A stretch of 63,253 nucleotides of DNA, the filler included, from Octopus bimaculoides (lineage: Eukaryota), in NCBI RefSeq assembly GCF_001194135.2. It is 5 parts of 3 records of this genome, joined end to end, with 100 filler letters (N's around TTAATTAATTAA, not from the genome) between each part and the next. Parts side by side here need not be neighbours in the genome. Positions count along the whole stretch, not along the records: positions 60,224 to 63,253 come from NC_068981.1; 4 more parts are not named here. One strand, given 5' to 3'. Position 1 is the first letter of the stretch. Each line of letters begins with the position of its first letter. The notes beneath the pieces were generated by a model, which was given only the letters and a program-made list of their open reading frames with translations, did not search any database and was not told the origin of the DNA. Positions 62,554 to 63,253 of this stretch are shown here, in pieces. The position numbers were made by a program, and so were the translations under genes.

Positions 62554-62785
62554 AGGCGGTGAGCTGGCAGAAACGTTAGCACGCCGGGCGAAATGCTTAG
62601 CAGTATTTCGTCTGCCGTTACGTTCTGAGTTCAAATTCCACCGAGGTCAACTTTGCCTTTCATCTCTTCGGGGTCGATAGATTAAGTACCAGTTACTCAC
62701 TGGTGTCGATGTAATCGACTTAATCCCTTTGTCTGTCCTTGTTTGTCCCCTCTATGTTTAGCCCCTTGTGGGCAATAAAGAAACA
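62554..62785 (+). mobile_element. Full-length tRNA-SINE with a perfect 15-bp target-site duplication
   Basis: agaaatctggttaga at 62539-62553 and 62786-62800; A-box gagctggcagaa, B-box gagttcaaattcc, core gcctttcatc...ggggtcgata. Confidence 0.93.
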
Positions 62786-63148
62786 AGAAATCTGGTTAGA
62801 TCTGTGAAAAACAATTATCTTTGGTCATTTAGTCTGTTACTCACGAGTATGGTCACTCCATAGCGTCAAGCTGTCGGCTGAAATTGAGAGAATCCAGTAT
62901 TATTGCACCAAGAAATCCGCCTCAGTTGAATAGATAAATTAGGGGGAGAGAATGAAAGAACTAAGAGAAGTCTACCCTCTAGTATATATATATGTATATA
63001 TATATATATATAAAATCATAAATATATAGGGATTAGCTTGAGTTGCTTCTCCAACATACTGAAAATTTAGAAATAGCAGTCAAAGAACTACTGATTCCAA
63101 ACTACAAATTTTTTCTCTAAACGGATGGCGATATTTATGGCACACATA

Positions 63149-63253
63149 GAACAAAAAACCGAAGGGAAAAGCAAAAGCAAACCTGCCTTTAGTTAATTGG
63201 ATACGACATTTCACGGCAGGTTTGTTTTTGCTTTTCCCTTCGGTTTTTTGTTC
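63149..63253. repeat. Inverted repeat, 39-bp arms (1 mismatch) and 27-bp spacer, ending at the window edge
   Basis: 63149-63187 is the reverse complement of 63215-63253 except for one base. Confidence 0.95.

Overview
AT-rich, microsatellite- and transposon-dense animal genomic DNA with many N gaps. The repeat families (tRNA-derived SINEs, RTE, Penelope and Dong-type retroelements) point to a coleoid cephalopod, probably Octopus; this is inferred from sequence style, not from a search. The only host gene I can support is a partial PNKP (polynucleotide kinase 3'-phosphatase) on the minus strand. It has three phase-compatible exons (18010-17613, 16849-16676, 15665-15586) covering the C-terminal part of the FHA domain, a long basic linker and the DxDGT phosphatase motif. 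It sits in a CpG-depleted block bounded by artificial 100-bp assembly spacers. The rest is mostly decayed mobile DNA: a CR1/L2-group LINE, several Penelope-like elements, RTE LINEs carrying a PHD-like finger, R4/Dong-type fragments, a mariner relic, MITEs and several SINE families. The best leads are a strand-asymmetric pre-miRNA-like hairpin (28594-28657, minus) between two candidate minus-strand micro-exons, a palindromic head-to-head tRNA-SINE whose (AAT)n tail adjoins a Dong fragment, recurrent head-to-head retroelement inversions, and two near-perfect fold-back inverted repeats. Most ORFs in the supplied track are microsatellite or N-gap artefacts. Repeat boundaries are by-eye estimates.
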